A stretch of DNA of 64,000 nt, from assembly GCA_030765335.1 (NCBI GenBank), contig JAVCCU010000001.1:456-64455 (forward strand), written 5' to 3'. This DNA is from Candidatus Kaelpia aquatica (lineage in GTDB: Bacteria; Omnitrophota; Gorgyraeia; Kaelpiales; Kaelpiaceae). Below, piece by piece: positions 9,545-19,837 of this stretch (the stretch's first letter is position 1; the number at the start of each line of letters is the position of its first letter). A program made the position numbers and the translations under genes. Below the pieces are notes generated by a model. That model had not been told where the DNA came from, did not search any database, and saw only the letters and a program-made list of their open reading frames with translations.

Positions 9545-10738
9545 TTAAACCATTAAATAAGTAAAGATGTGCTGAATTACAAGGCTTACCGCACCTAAAG
9601 CTACGGAGTTTTCGCCCAGCTGAGTAGGTACAATCCTAACCTGATTGCCTATCTCTTCAAATGTCTTATCTCTAACAGTTTTTTTAATTACATCAAGCAG
9701 CACAGAGCCGGCTCTCTCAATACCACCGCCTATTACAACCACTTCGGGATTAAATATTTGAATAAGGTAGGCAATCCTTACGCCTAACTCCTCGCCTGCC
9801 TCTTTTACCAGACTTACTGCAAGCTCATCTCCAGCTCTCACAGCTTCAATAATGGATTTAAAGTCTATTTTAGAGCTATCTCCTCTAGCTAATTCTAAAA
9901 TCTTAGAATCACTCTTCTCTTTTACTCCCTCTATTGCAGCAGCCCTAAGGCCCAAATCGGCCTCCCAGCGATCTAATCCTCTCCAGCGATTCTTCTCTTC
10001 TTTTCCTAATGTAGGCAATCCTAACTCTCCAGCGCAACCACCAGTGCCTCCATAGATCTGACCATTGATAACAATACCGCAGCCGACACCGGAATACATA
10101 AAGATAAGATTCTTAATATCGCTTTCAAGCTCAAACTCTCTCTCTCCAAAAGCAGCAACAGTTGCATCGTTCTCTACAAAGACAGGGATCTGGAACTTTT
10201 GCTCTAGCATATTCTTTAAAGTAGATATATAGACGCTGCCCATCTGTCCCGGCCAACGTATCGTACCGCCTTTTCTATCTACAATACCGGGTATACCTAT
10301 ACCGATACCTTTTATCTGGTCCCTCTCAACGTTAACTTCCGATATTACCTCTCCAATAATATCGGATATTGCATTTATCATAGCATCCTCAGTACCTTCA
10401 GGCCGAACCTTCTCTACTTTAATCAAAACATTTGCCTTCAAATCAGAGACAACGCCTATGATATTAAGAAGATCTAAGCCTATTCCTATGATATAAGCAG
10501 CCTTTGGGTTTAATTCTAAGACAACCGGCCTTCTGCCCCCCGTTGAAACATCAAGACCGCCTTCTATGACCAGACCCTTTTGAATATAGGTATTGACGTA
10601 GTTGGATACCGTGACGATATTTAACTCTGTCTCCTTAGATATTTCCGTACGAGTAATGGGTCCTTTTCTACGAACTAAATCGAGGATTGAAAAATTTTTC
10701 CGCTCCCTGTCCGTTAAAACCTCTGTTGCTTCTACCAT
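9545..10738 (-). CDS. ROK-family transcriptional regulator (NagC/XylR-like)
   Basis: N-terminal winged HTH (ILDLVRRKGPITRTEISKETELNIVTVSNYV) plus ROK sugar-kinase-like core with glycine-rich motifs. Confidence 0.85.
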   Translation of the reverse strand: MVEATEVLTDRERKNFSILDLVRRKGPITRTEISKETELNIVTVSNYVNTYIQKGLVIEGGLDVSTGGRRPVVLELNPKAAYIIGIGLDLLNIIGVVSDLKANVLIKVEKVRPEGTEDAMINAISDIIGEVISEVNVERDQIKGIGIGIPGIVDRKGGTIRWPGQMGSVYISTLKNMLEQKFQIPVFVENDATVAAFGEREFELESDIKNLIFMYSGVGCGIVINGQIYGGTGGCAGELGLPTLGKEEKNRWRGLDRWEADLGLRAAAIEGVKEKSDSKILELARGDSSKIDFKSIIEAVRAGDELAVSLVKEAGEELGVRIAYLIQIFNPEVVVIGGGIERAGSVLLDVIKKTVRDKTFEEIGNQVRIVPTQLGENSVALGAVSLVIQHIFTYLMV

Positions 10739-10757
10739 GCTTACCTCCTTTTAATAA

Positions 10758-12026
10758 TTACTCCCTCAGGAGTTTGTTACCTGCCTCTACAATCTCGGGC
10801 AAAATATCATCCAGTTCAGCTTGACCGTTAAAAAATAAATCCAATTTTGGTTTAACATACAACTCTTCTATCTCTCTCCAATTAGCACTAAATGGAGGGA
10901 AGACCACGCTCTTGACTACTTCATTGAGCATTTTTTTATTCAGTGGCTTCTCTTCACTGCCAGCCCAGTAAGGGCCTTGAGCAACAGATATCCTGCTTGG
11001 CTGCGCTAATCCTATAGAGGCAATACGTTCCATAGCTTGAGCAGAAGTTAAAGCCTTTATTGTCTTCCAGGCAAGCTCAGGATTCTTAGATGTTTTCAAT
11101 ATGCAATATGCTGTTCCTCCCGTTGCAACCTGCCGTATATCCTTAGGACTTTTAGGAAACATTGCTATATCCCAATCAAAGTTCTCTATATTCTGCAATG
11201 CCGGCGTCTCCCATATCCCTGAACCTAACATCGCAAGGCGTCCGGTCATAAACATCATCTGCACACCCATACCCATATTTATAAGGGCAGAGGGTGTTGG
11301 AGATACTTTATGCTTTAAAATAAGATCTCTATAAAACTCCAGTCCTTCTCGCGATGCTTGAGTATTCAGCCTTATAGAGCTAGGGACTTTAACATTATCT
11401 ACAAGCCCGCCGCCGTTAGCTAAAACAAAATTCTGCCAGGCCCAAGTATAAAAACCATAGCTCTTAATCTTACCTTTTTCATCTCTTTCGGTAAGGCGCT
11501 TTGCAGTTTTAAGAAGAGCATCCCAATCCCAATCATCATCGGGGTAGGGAATATTATGCTGATCAAAGATATCCTTATTATAGTAGATGCAGGCAAAAGG
11601 GGCAATATCTCTGGGTATACCGTAAATATCACCTTCGATAGTAAAATGTTCAATAATGGGCGAGAAAAAATCATTTAATACAAAACTCTCATCTTTTTCT
11701 ACAAAAGGACTAAGGCTTAAGAAAACGCCTTTAGAGTAAAAACTTGTAAAGAGTCCTACCTCTACAGCTATAACATCAGGCGCATCTCCTCCTGCTATTC
11801 TAGTTAAAATCTTGCTGCTATACCCTCCGTAAGGAGTATGCTCTAAAACAACTTTTATCCCAGGATTGTCTCTCTGCCATTCTTTAATAACAGACGTAAT
11901 TATCCTAACCTCTTCGGGGGAGCCCCAAAAAGCAAAGCGTACCTTGTTACTATCTAAGGCTGGATCCTTACCACAGCCCCATGCTAGTATAGATATTAAG
12001 ATTAAAATACTTTTTGTAATCTTCAT
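10758..12026 (-). CDS. ABC transporter sugar-binding lipoprotein (family 1 SBP)
   Basis: Lipobox ILAWGCGK; extracellular solute-binding fold; no permease or ATPase genes adjacent. Confidence 0.85.
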   Translation of the reverse strand: MKITKSILILISILAWGCGKDPALDSNKVRFAFWGSPEEVRIITSVIKEWQRDNPGIKVVLEHTPYGGYSSKILTRIAGGDAPDVIAVEVGLFTSFYSKGVFLSLSPFVEKDESFVLNDFFSPIIEHFTIEGDIYGIPRDIAPFACIYYNKDIFDQHNIPYPDDDWDWDALLKTAKRLTERDEKGKIKSYGFYTWAWQNFVLANGGGLVDNVKVPSSIRLNTQASREGLEFYRDLILKHKVSPTPSALINMGMGVQMMFMTGRLAMLGSGIWETPALQNIENFDWDIAMFPKSPKDIRQVATGGTAYCILKTSKNPELAWKTIKALTSAQAMERIASIGLAQPSRISVAQGPYWAGSEEKPLNKKMLNEVVKSVVFPPFSANWREIEELYVKPKLDLFFNGQAELDDILPEIVEAGNKLLRE

Positions 12027-12105
12027 AATAAACTTATTAAGGTAATTATTTAAATTTTAAAATAACTTTTTATAATTGTCAAACATATTTAAAATACTAA
12101 GAGGA

Positions 12106-13293
12106 TCAATTGCCTGAAAACTCTACAACATCATTTTTAGCCACAGATTCTTGAGGTAAACTCAGGAGAAACTCTGCTGCAGAAGTCACCTCTCTAACCT
12201 CTTTTACTTTGAGTTTTGCAATCAGCCTACCCTCTCTATAGATAAAGCATTCCATTCCTTCTTCCACACCGTCTCTCCTGCCGCGGTCAATTACTATAAA
12301 ACCATCTGCTGCGTTAACAGCAACTACTTTGGCTTGGATGCTATTATCCCCTACCTCTATTCTGGGTAATTCAACCGCAAACTCTTGGTCGTCATAACCC
12401 ATCTTCTTTATCTCCTCAAGAGCCATTTCAAGATCCTGCTTTAAGCGTGTAACTTCGAGCATCTTATCTTCTAAAATTTGATTAACGTAACCTATCCGCT
12501 TTTCAAACCTATTTTTACTTTGTTCCTCTTTTAGCATTGTCTGCTTAAAATCATCCAGCCTTTTTTCAGTAGCCATCTTATCCACTTGAGCCTGTTCTAA
12601 CTGAAGAGCTAAGCCCTGTTTGTCCTGCTCTAATCTTTCCAAGCCTCTTATAGATTCGAGCTTCTCTTCTTTCTCCTGCTCCAATGATTGGGAAAAAGAA
12701 GAGACTATACCTCTAGTCTCAGCTAATCTCTCCTCTAGCCCTTTTTTCTCATCTAATAGCTCTCCTGTAAGCTGGCTCAATCGCTCTCTCTCATCTTCAA
12801 ATCTTAAAATCTCTTCGTCTTTTTTCTCAAGCAACCTTTTAAGATTGCTAAGCTTTAATTCTAAAGATGTCTTCTCCCGCAGTAGATTAGACCAAAAATC
12901 ATCTCCCCTGCCGTCCTCTGCTTTGACTCTTTTGGTCAATCTCTCTTTTAGATCTTCTCTCTCTCTAACCAGCCTGGCAGCCTCATCTTTTAGCCTATTG
13001 TTATCATCGGCCAACTCTTCAAGCTCTTCTTCTGTTAAAAGTTTGTTCTCTTCTAATTTTGCCATCTGACTTCTATAAGCTGTTAGTTGGGTTCTAATAT
13101 CTTCTACCTCTATTTTAAATTTATCTAGTTCAAACTCTAAATCTCTATTCTTTTGATGCCAGAGCGCTTTCTCTTCTACATAGCTAGAGTATATCTTTCT
13201 ATTCTCCGTGCCTAACCAGAAAGCAGATACTAAAGAGAGTATCGTTAGGACTGTCACCGTTGAATATATAACTATTTTTATATTATCATTCAT
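12106..13293 (-). CDS. Membrane-anchored coiled-coil protein with a small C-terminal beta-domain
   Basis: N-terminal TM, ~250 aa of heptad-rich E/K/L sequence, C-terminal ~60 aa resembling the C-terminus of ORF 21091..23334; 8-bp overlap with the upstream RND gene. Confidence 0.6.
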   Translation of the reverse strand: MNDNIKIVIYSTVTVLTILSLVSAFWLGTENRKIYSSYVEEKALWHQKNRDLEFELDKFKIEVEDIRTQLTAYRSQMAKLEENKLLTEEELEELADDNNRLKDEAARLVREREDLKERLTKRVKAEDGRGDDFWSNLLREKTSLELKLSNLKRLLEKKDEEILRFEDERERLSQLTGELLDEKKGLEERLAETRGIVSSFSQSLEQEKEEKLESIRGLERLEQDKQGLALQLEQAQVDKMATEKRLDDFKQTMLKEEQSKNRFEKRIGYVNQILEDKMLEVTRLKQDLEMALEEIKKMGYDDQEFAVELPRIEVGDNSIQAKVVAVNAADGFIVIDRGRRDGVEEGMECFIYREGRLIAKLKVKEVREVTSAAEFLLSLPQESVAKNDVVEFSGN

Positions 13294-16200
13294 GCTTTAT
13301 CTTTAAAAATACACTCATACGATTCAATCTATATTTTAAATCTTCCAATATCATATAGCCAGAAGGAATTACAAGGAGGGTCAATACGGTAGAGACAGAC
13401 ATTCCTCCAATTACAGTCTTTGCTAGCGGTGACCAGAGATTGGAAGACTCACTCTTATCTAATGCCATAGGCATAAGACTGCAGATTGTTGTAATAGAAG
13501 TCATAAAGATAGGACGTAATCTATGTTCAGCACCTCCAAGGATAGCTTTTTTTAATTCTACGCCTTGCCCTCTTAAAAAATTTATATGATCGACCATAAC
13601 TATTGCATTATTGACAACAATACCTCCCAACATCAACATCCCCATAAGAGCTCCGATGTTAATAGATGTATCTGTATAGTAGAGCGTTGGGATGACACCT
13701 ATTGCAGCTAAAGGAACGGTGGCCATAATAATAAACGGCTGAGTATAAGACTCAAAGAGTGAAGCCAAAACTAAAAAGATTAAAAATAGCGCTGTAATGA
13801 CCGCAAATTTTTGTTGACGCTCATTCTCCACCATCAATTCATAATCTCCGCTAAACCTATAGGTGTAATTCTCTGGCATCTCAAATGTATCTAAAGCCTC
13901 CTTACATCTTTCAATGGCTTTATTTAAGTCTAAGGAGCCTCTGTTCGCACTAACCTGAACCATTCTGGATTTATTTTTATGCCAAATTTCACTTGGAGCT
14001 ATATCAAATTTTAAATCTGCAACCTGTTTCAATGGAACTTCCACTTTCTCCTTATTTACAAAAGTTATATTTTTTAAATCGTCAAAACTATCGCGATCAA
14101 GCTCACTTATCCTCGCAACAATCTCAACTTCCTTGTTCTCAGTATGAAAAAAACTAGACCTTAGACCCCGTATCTTACCATGCAATTGATAGGAAATATC
14201 TTTAATCGTTAATCCAAACATGCTGAGTTTATCTTGATCCACTATAATTCTTATCTCCGGCCTACCCTCACGCATTCTTATCTTTTGATCTGTAATCCCT
14301 TCAACCTGAGAGAGGCTTTGGGCCATCTTCATTGCTATCTGCTTCAAAACATCGTAGTCATAACCATTGATATCAATAAATATTTCATTGCTGCCTACTT
14401 CTTGAGGTAGTTGAAAATATATAAAGGCATCGAAATTCTTCATTGTTTCATCCATTTGGGGGCGAAGCTCTTCTATGAGATCGTTTGTCAATTTATCTCT
14501 TTGATCAAGTGGTTTTAACTTTACATACACCTTGGAAGACCATCTCTCTATTCTAGAAGATACAGTCCGTACTTCAGGAACATCTTTTAAGATCTTTTCA
14601 ACCATCGCAACTGCTTTATCAGACATCTCCAGCTTCGCGCCTGTAGGCAGCTCAACATGTACGGTAAATTTGTTCTGTTCTGTAATTCCGATAAACTCTC
14701 TGCCGATATGTTCCTGAAGAGGCCAGACCCAGACAACAGTTGCTATCATAACTAATATCAGGAGATACCTGAATTTTAAAATGAATTTTAGTGAGCCTAT
14801 ATAAGCTTCTCTAACCTTTTTAATGTTCTTCTTACCTTTCTTCAAAAATGACACTCCTCCACCCATCTTAATTATAGATGAGGCTAAGGGAATCAAGCTT
14901 AAAGCTACAAAGAGAGACGCAAGGAGAGAGTAGACAACTGTCCAGGTCAATCCGCTGTAGAGCAATCTAATCTGTTTACCGACAAACATTATCGGCAAAA
15001 ACGCAACTACAGAAGTAATGGTTGAAGCTGCTATTGCCAGGCTGACTTCCTGACTGCCTTTTAGCGCAGCCTCTCTTTTTTTAAGCCCTTGCTCCCTTTT
15101 TTTGAAAATATTCTCAAGCACAACGATGGAGGAGTCAACCAACATGCCTATACCTAAAGCCAACCCAGAGAGAGTCATAACATTTAAAGTCAAACCCTGC
15201 ATAAACATGATTGTAAAGGTGGCCATAACAGAAAGCGGGATAGAGAGTGCGATAATAAATGTTGGAGCTACATCATGGAGAAAGAGCAGCAACACAACAA
15301 CTGCCAGCGCTCCACCGAACATAAGTGATTTACGGACTGTATCAATGGCCTCTTGAACATACTCAGCCTGCTGAAAAGTAGGTTTTATTATTACATCCTC
15401 GGGAAGCTCCTCTCTTATCTTGGAAAGCTCCTCAACTAGCATCTTATCAACCTTTATAGTGTTAGCCGTAGACTCTTTCTGTATATAGATAGAGACAACA
15501 GGCCTAGAATCAACTCTAGAAATATCCATGGGATCAAGGAAGGAATCCTTAATCCGGGCAACATCTTTAAGCCGAATAATGGAACCTTGGGGATTCATGC
15601 TAATCCCAATATCTTTTATATCCTCAATGCTTTTATACTGACCCATGAGGCGAATTAAATTTTTTACTTTTACCTCTTCCACCTCTCCTAAAAGCAGGTC
15701 TAAATTGTTAGCTCCTACAGCATCAATTAACTCCCCTAAAGATATATTGTAAGACTGCAGGCTGTTCTCAGTTGCTTCGACAATAATCTTTCTCTCTCTA
15801 CCTCCGGCTATCTCTATATTCGCCACTCCCCCTATTCGCTGTAATCTAGATTTGATTTTCTCGTCCACAATCCTTCTCAACATCTCAGGGGTATATCTCT
15901 CTCCCGTTACAGCAAGTATCACCATTGGGACGTCTGTCTGTTGATACCGCGCAATAACCGGCTTCTCTATCTCATTGGGCAGCGAGTCCTTTACTCGGCC
16001 GAATTTTTCTCTAACCTCCAGAGAGGCAAAATCCATATCAGTGCCCGGCTCAAATCTCAAAATAACTCTAGACTCTCCTTCTTCAGATATAGCTATGAGC
16101 TCTTTAAGTTTACTCACATCACTTATAGCTTCTTCAACCGGTTTTGTAACAAGGCGCTCTACGTCGGGAGAAGGCACGCCGCCTCTAATCCTTATAATGA

Positions 16201-16339
16201 TGCTTATGGTGTCGTAGCTGTAGTTAGGCATCAGCTCAACGGGCAGCTGTATTAAAGCAATATAACCTACAAGTATGATGCCTAAAAAGATCATACTCAT
16301 TGCAACCGGTTTTTTTATCGAGAACTCAGGTAGATTCAT
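13286..16339 (-). CDS. RND efflux permease (HAE1 family, AcrB/MdtC-like)
   Basis: 1017 aa, MNLPEFSIKKPV N-terminus, 12-TM RND architecture. Confidence 0.9.
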   Translation of the reverse strand: MNLPEFSIKKPVAMSMIFLGIILVGYIALIQLPVELMPNYSYDTISIIIRIRGGVPSPDVERLVTKPVEEAISDVSKLKELIAISEEGESRVILRFEPGTDMDFASLEVREKFGRVKDSLPNEIEKPVIARYQQTDVPMVILAVTGERYTPEMLRRIVDEKIKSRLQRIGGVANIEIAGGRERKIIVEATENSLQSYNISLGELIDAVGANNLDLLLGEVEEVKVKNLIRLMGQYKSIEDIKDIGISMNPQGSIIRLKDVARIKDSFLDPMDISRVDSRPVVSIYIQKESTANTIKVDKMLVEELSKIREELPEDVIIKPTFQQAEYVQEAIDTVRKSLMFGGALAVVVLLLFLHDVAPTFIIALSIPLSVMATFTIMFMQGLTLNVMTLSGLALGIGMLVDSSIVVLENIFKKREQGLKKREAALKGSQEVSLAIAASTITSVVAFLPIMFVGKQIRLLYSGLTWTVVYSLLASLFVALSLIPLASSIIKMGGGVSFLKKGKKNIKKVREAYIGSLKFILKFRYLLILVMIATVVWVWPLQEHIGREFIGITEQNKFTVHVELPTGAKLEMSDKAVAMVEKILKDVPEVRTVSSRIERWSSKVYVKLKPLDQRDKLTNDLIEELRPQMDETMKNFDAFIYFQLPQEVGSNEIFIDINGYDYDVLKQIAMKMAQSLSQVEGITDQKIRMREGRPEIRIIVDQDKLSMFGLTIKDISYQLHGKIRGLRSSFFHTENKEVEIVARISELDRDSFDDLKNITFVNKEKVEVPLKQVADLKFDIAPSEIWHKNKSRMVQVSANRGSLDLNKAIERCKEALDTFEMPENYTYRFSGDYELMVENERQQKFAVITALFLIFLVLASLFESYTQPFIIMATVPLAAIGVIPTLYYTDTSINIGALMGMLMLGGIVVNNAIVMVDHINFLRGQGVELKKAILGGAEHRLRPIFMTSITTICSLMPMALDKSESSNLWSPLAKTVIGGMSVSTVLTLLVIPSGYMILEDLKYRLNRMSVFLKIKHE

Positions 16340-16353
16340 AAGTTAAGCTCAGG

Positions 16354-19300
16354 TTATGTCATTCTATACCACCTACCAGGACCGCTTGGCCCTTCTGGAG
16401 TAATGATTTTTTTCTTCTGCAAATCTTTGAGATCCCTGGCTGCTGTAGCAATAGAGACATTGAACATCTGCACATATTCCTGTCGCCTCAGTCTACCTTG
16501 TTGGCGTAGATGCTCTAGGGCCTCTATCTGCCTCTGGTTTAAATCTAAGTATTGAGCTTTCTTTTCTCTGTCTTCTTTTATTACTGCATCTTCTTCTCTC
16601 TCTAATTTTGTCCCTACAACATCTGGCTGCTCTTGCTGCCGCGGCTCTGGAGAAGATACTAGTCCTTGTTCAACTTGGGGCAATATCTGCTTTCCTCTAC
16701 CCTCTAACATTTTTACAGCAACGATGTATAATGCCGGAATTATAAAAAGAGTGAGCAATGTAGAAGAGGATAACCCTCCGATAACAGCTATAGCCATAGG
16801 AGCTCTCAGTTCTGCCCCGTCACTAAAGCCCAATGCAAGAGGCATAAGGCCGAGAGTTGTAGTTAAAGCTGTCATCAATATCGGTCGTAACCTATTTTGA
16901 GAAGCCTCTAAGACAGCCTCATAAGTAGAGAATCCTTCTTCCCTTAATCCATTGATATGGTCTATGAGAACAATGCCATTATTAACAACTATTCCACCCA
17001 AGATTATTACTCCCAAAAAGACAACTATATTGAGAGTGGTATGAGTAAGCAGCAAAGCAACTGTTATGCCTATCGCTGCTAAAGGCACAGAAAATATAAT
17101 AACAAATGGCTGCCAAAAAGACTCAAACTGTGCAGCCATTATCATGTACACAAGTATTATAGACAGCAGCAGGGCAAAGAAGAGGCTTTTAAAAGATTCC
17201 TCCATCTCTTTGCGCTCTCCGCTAAGCTGCACCACGTAATCCTCCGGAATATCCATATTGGATATCTTACTATCTACGCTATTTGCAATCTCGTTAAAGC
17301 TTCTCTTGTAAACATTGGCTGAGACTAAAACGGTCCTCTCTTGACCTAATCGCTTGATTTCAGACGGCCCAACACCCCTTACAAGGTAAGCCACATCCGC
17401 CAATGGAATCTCAACCCCAAGCGGTGAATGTATAAGTATTCTTCTTATCTTAGAGAGATCCTCTCTGTCCTCGTCGCGCAATCTTGTTCTAATATCATAC
17501 TCTCTGCCTTCTTCCTTGTATTTAGAGGCAACGTAACCTCGAATTGCTGCATTAGTTGCCAAAGATATGGTATTCACTGAAAGATTATAGAGCGCGGCTT
17601 TCTGTTTCATTATATTAATCTTTACCTCCGGCTGAGGAGGCATAAGGTCACTTTTAATATCATAAAGCCCTGCGATATCGCTCAGACTTAAGACTAAACT
17701 CTCTGAAGTAGAACGCAAAACATCTAAATCACGTCCTCTGATCTCAACATTGACCGGCTTACCTCCGCCCATAGCTGCCTTGAATATTGTCTCTTGCAGA
17801 ATATATGCCAGCTCTGCCCTTTCCAAATCAACAACCAATAGGTCTTTCTGTAGCTGCTGCACAATGTCCTGACTTTTTCTATAATAGGGTGATTTCTTTG
17901 GAAACTCCTTTAAGTTGATCACTATCTGGGATTGATGAGACCCCAAAGTCTCTACGGACCCTCCATAGTCTTTCTCTTTAGAAGAACCGATGGTCACGCT
18001 AACACCTTTAATATCCGGATATTTAAATATGGTTCTCTCTATTCTCTTTATAACTCTATCTGTTACCTCAATCTTTGTACCTGTAGGCATGTCGACCATT
18101 ATCATGAACTCTCTCTGATCAACCTTGGGCATCAACTCCCTGTCTATCTTAGTCAAGAGATAGAGAGAGAGGCCTGTTACTGCAATAACAAGAGCAAACC
18201 CGATCTGCTTAAATCTCAAGAATGATTTTAATGTATTCGCATATGAGATACGCAATATCTTCATCCAGACCCACTCTTTGCGCTCTTTATTCACTCTCTT
18301 TATTTTAGAGGCGAGGCTGGGGATCAAAGATAGAGCAACAGCAAGAGAAGCAATGAGAGCAAAAATAACAGTAAAAGCCAGCTCTTTAAAAAGCTGCCCT
18401 GCAACACCTTGAACGAATATCAGCGGAAGAAAAACCGCTATCGTTGTCAATGTCGAAGAGAAAATGGCAGCCGCCACTTCAGACGTTCCGTCAATAGCCG
18501 CTTCTTTGGCAGGCCCGCCAAGCTGCCTCTTACGGATAATATTCTCTATAACAACAATGGCATTATCCACAAGCATACCAACGCCCAAAGCAAGGCCACC
18601 TAAAGACATGATGTTAATGGATAGCCCCCTAAAGTACATAAGGCTAAAGGCAAACATAATCGATATAGGTATTGAAAGCGCAACTATTAGAGAGCTGTAG
18701 ATGTTCATCAAAAAGAAGAAGAGAACAATGAAGGCAAGCACGCCTCCTTGCACCGCAGCATCTCTAACTCCATTAATTGAATCCTGAATAAACTTAGACT
18801 GATCATAGACAATCTCAATCTCAACTCTGCCCTGCAGCCTCTCTTCAATTGCAAGAAGCTTCTTCTCAACAGCCTTCACTACTGTAATGATGTTGGCCCC
18901 CGCTTGCCGTTGAATTCTCAGGGCTATATTGTCGCTGCCGTTATAACGCGAGAGATTGGTCAAATCCTTAAGCGAATCTTGCACTATGCCTAAATCACCT
19001 AAGTGAATTATTCTTTTATCCGAGCTTTCACCTTTTGACTCTCTTATATATTCTTCATATTGCGTCTTTGGCGGATCAACATCCTGTACTTCAACAACAA
19101 CGTTCTCGATCTCTTTAACCGCCTCAAACTCACCCATTGTCCTGATCAAATATTCATAAAACTTCTCTTTAATTGTCCCGGCAGGAAAAGTAAAATTTGT
19201 CTGCTTTATAGATTCAGCAACTTTTAAAATCGGAATGCGATTGGCGTATAGCTTACCTTGATCAAGTGCAACTAGAATCTCCCGCTCTCGACCTCCTACG

Positions 19301-19824
19301 ATCGCAGCTGAAGCAACGCCGTCTATCTTTTCCAGCTCATCTTTAATCTCTTTTCTGACTAACTCTCTTAACTCTCTAGACGGAAGGCTTCCTTTTATAG
19401 ATAGTATAGCAATGGGCGTCTCAAAGGGATTAAACTTCATTACTATCGGGTCTTTGGCTCCCATGGGAAGTCGCTCTTTAACCAGATCTATCTTTTCTCT
19501 AACACCCAGGGAAGCAAAATCCATATGTGTGCCCCAATCAAAATCGAGGATAATAAGAGAGAGCCCCTCTTTTGAAATCGAAGATATTTTCTTAAGCCCA
19601 TTCACTGTGCCTACCGCCTCTTCGATTATCTTTGTTACAAGGGTCTCAATCTCTTCAGGTGAGGCATTCTCATAAGTTGTGACAACACTAATTTGAGGAT
19701 AAGATATTGATGGATAGAGCTCTTGAGGTAAACGCACCCAGGAGATAGCACCCAGGAGCATGATGCCCAAAAAGAACATTGTTACTGTAACCGGTCTTTT
19801 TACAGAAAAGCTAGGTAGATTCAT
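16354..19824 (-). CDS. RND efflux permease (AcrB/MdtB-like) with ~110-aa C-terminal cytoplasmic extension ending in a DeoR/Fic-type winged-helix domain
   Basis: 1156 aa. The RND body ends near ...LYIVAVKML. The tail ...DLNQRQIEALEHLRQQGRLRRQEYVQMFNVSIATAARDLKDLQKKKIITPEGPSGPGRWYRMT matches the wHTH pattern RQxxILxxL...G.I.R.EY...VSxxTAxRDLxxL...G.I...G.GxxTxY. Confidence 0.88.
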   Translation of the reverse strand: MNLPSFSVKRPVTVTMFFLGIMLLGAISWVRLPQELYPSISYPQISVVTTYENASPEEIETLVTKIIEEAVGTVNGLKKISSISKEGLSLIILDFDWGTHMDFASLGVREKIDLVKERLPMGAKDPIVMKFNPFETPIAILSIKGSLPSRELRELVRKEIKDELEKIDGVASAAIVGGREREILVALDQGKLYANRIPILKVAESIKQTNFTFPAGTIKEKFYEYLIRTMGEFEAVKEIENVVVEVQDVDPPKTQYEEYIRESKGESSDKRIIHLGDLGIVQDSLKDLTNLSRYNGSDNIALRIQRQAGANIITVVKAVEKKLLAIEERLQGRVEIEIVYDQSKFIQDSINGVRDAAVQGGVLAFIVLFFFLMNIYSSLIVALSIPISIMFAFSLMYFRGLSINIMSLGGLALGVGMLVDNAIVVIENIIRKRQLGGPAKEAAIDGTSEVAAAIFSSTLTTIAVFLPLIFVQGVAGQLFKELAFTVIFALIASLAVALSLIPSLASKIKRVNKERKEWVWMKILRISYANTLKSFLRFKQIGFALVIAVTGLSLYLLTKIDRELMPKVDQREFMIMVDMPTGTKIEVTDRVIKRIERTIFKYPDIKGVSVTIGSSKEKDYGGSVETLGSHQSQIVINLKEFPKKSPYYRKSQDIVQQLQKDLLVVDLERAELAYILQETIFKAAMGGGKPVNVEIRGRDLDVLRSTSESLVLSLSDIAGLYDIKSDLMPPQPEVKINIMKQKAALYNLSVNTISLATNAAIRGYVASKYKEEGREYDIRTRLRDEDREDLSKIRRILIHSPLGVEIPLADVAYLVRGVGPSEIKRLGQERTVLVSANVYKRSFNEIANSVDSKISNMDIPEDYVVQLSGERKEMEESFKSLFFALLLSIILVYMIMAAQFESFWQPFVIIFSVPLAAIGITVALLLTHTTLNIVVFLGVIILGGIVVNNGIVLIDHINGLREEGFSTYEAVLEASQNRLRPILMTALTTTLGLMPLALGFSDGAELRAPMAIAVIGGLSSSTLLTLFIIPALYIVAVKMLEGRGKQILPQVEQGLVSSPEPRQQEQPDVVGTKLEREEDAVIKEDREKKAQYLDLNQRQIEALEHLRQQGRLRRQEYVQMFNVSIATAARDLKDLQKKKIITPEGPSGPGRWYRMT

Positions 19825-19837
19825 TATAGAATAATTA

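Noticed and set aside
8897-9556. Plus-strand 219-aa ORF overlapping the CBM-like gene
   Set aside because: The minus-strand ORF has two paralogs in the window with conserved motifs. The plus-strand translation is compositionally odd and has no family features.
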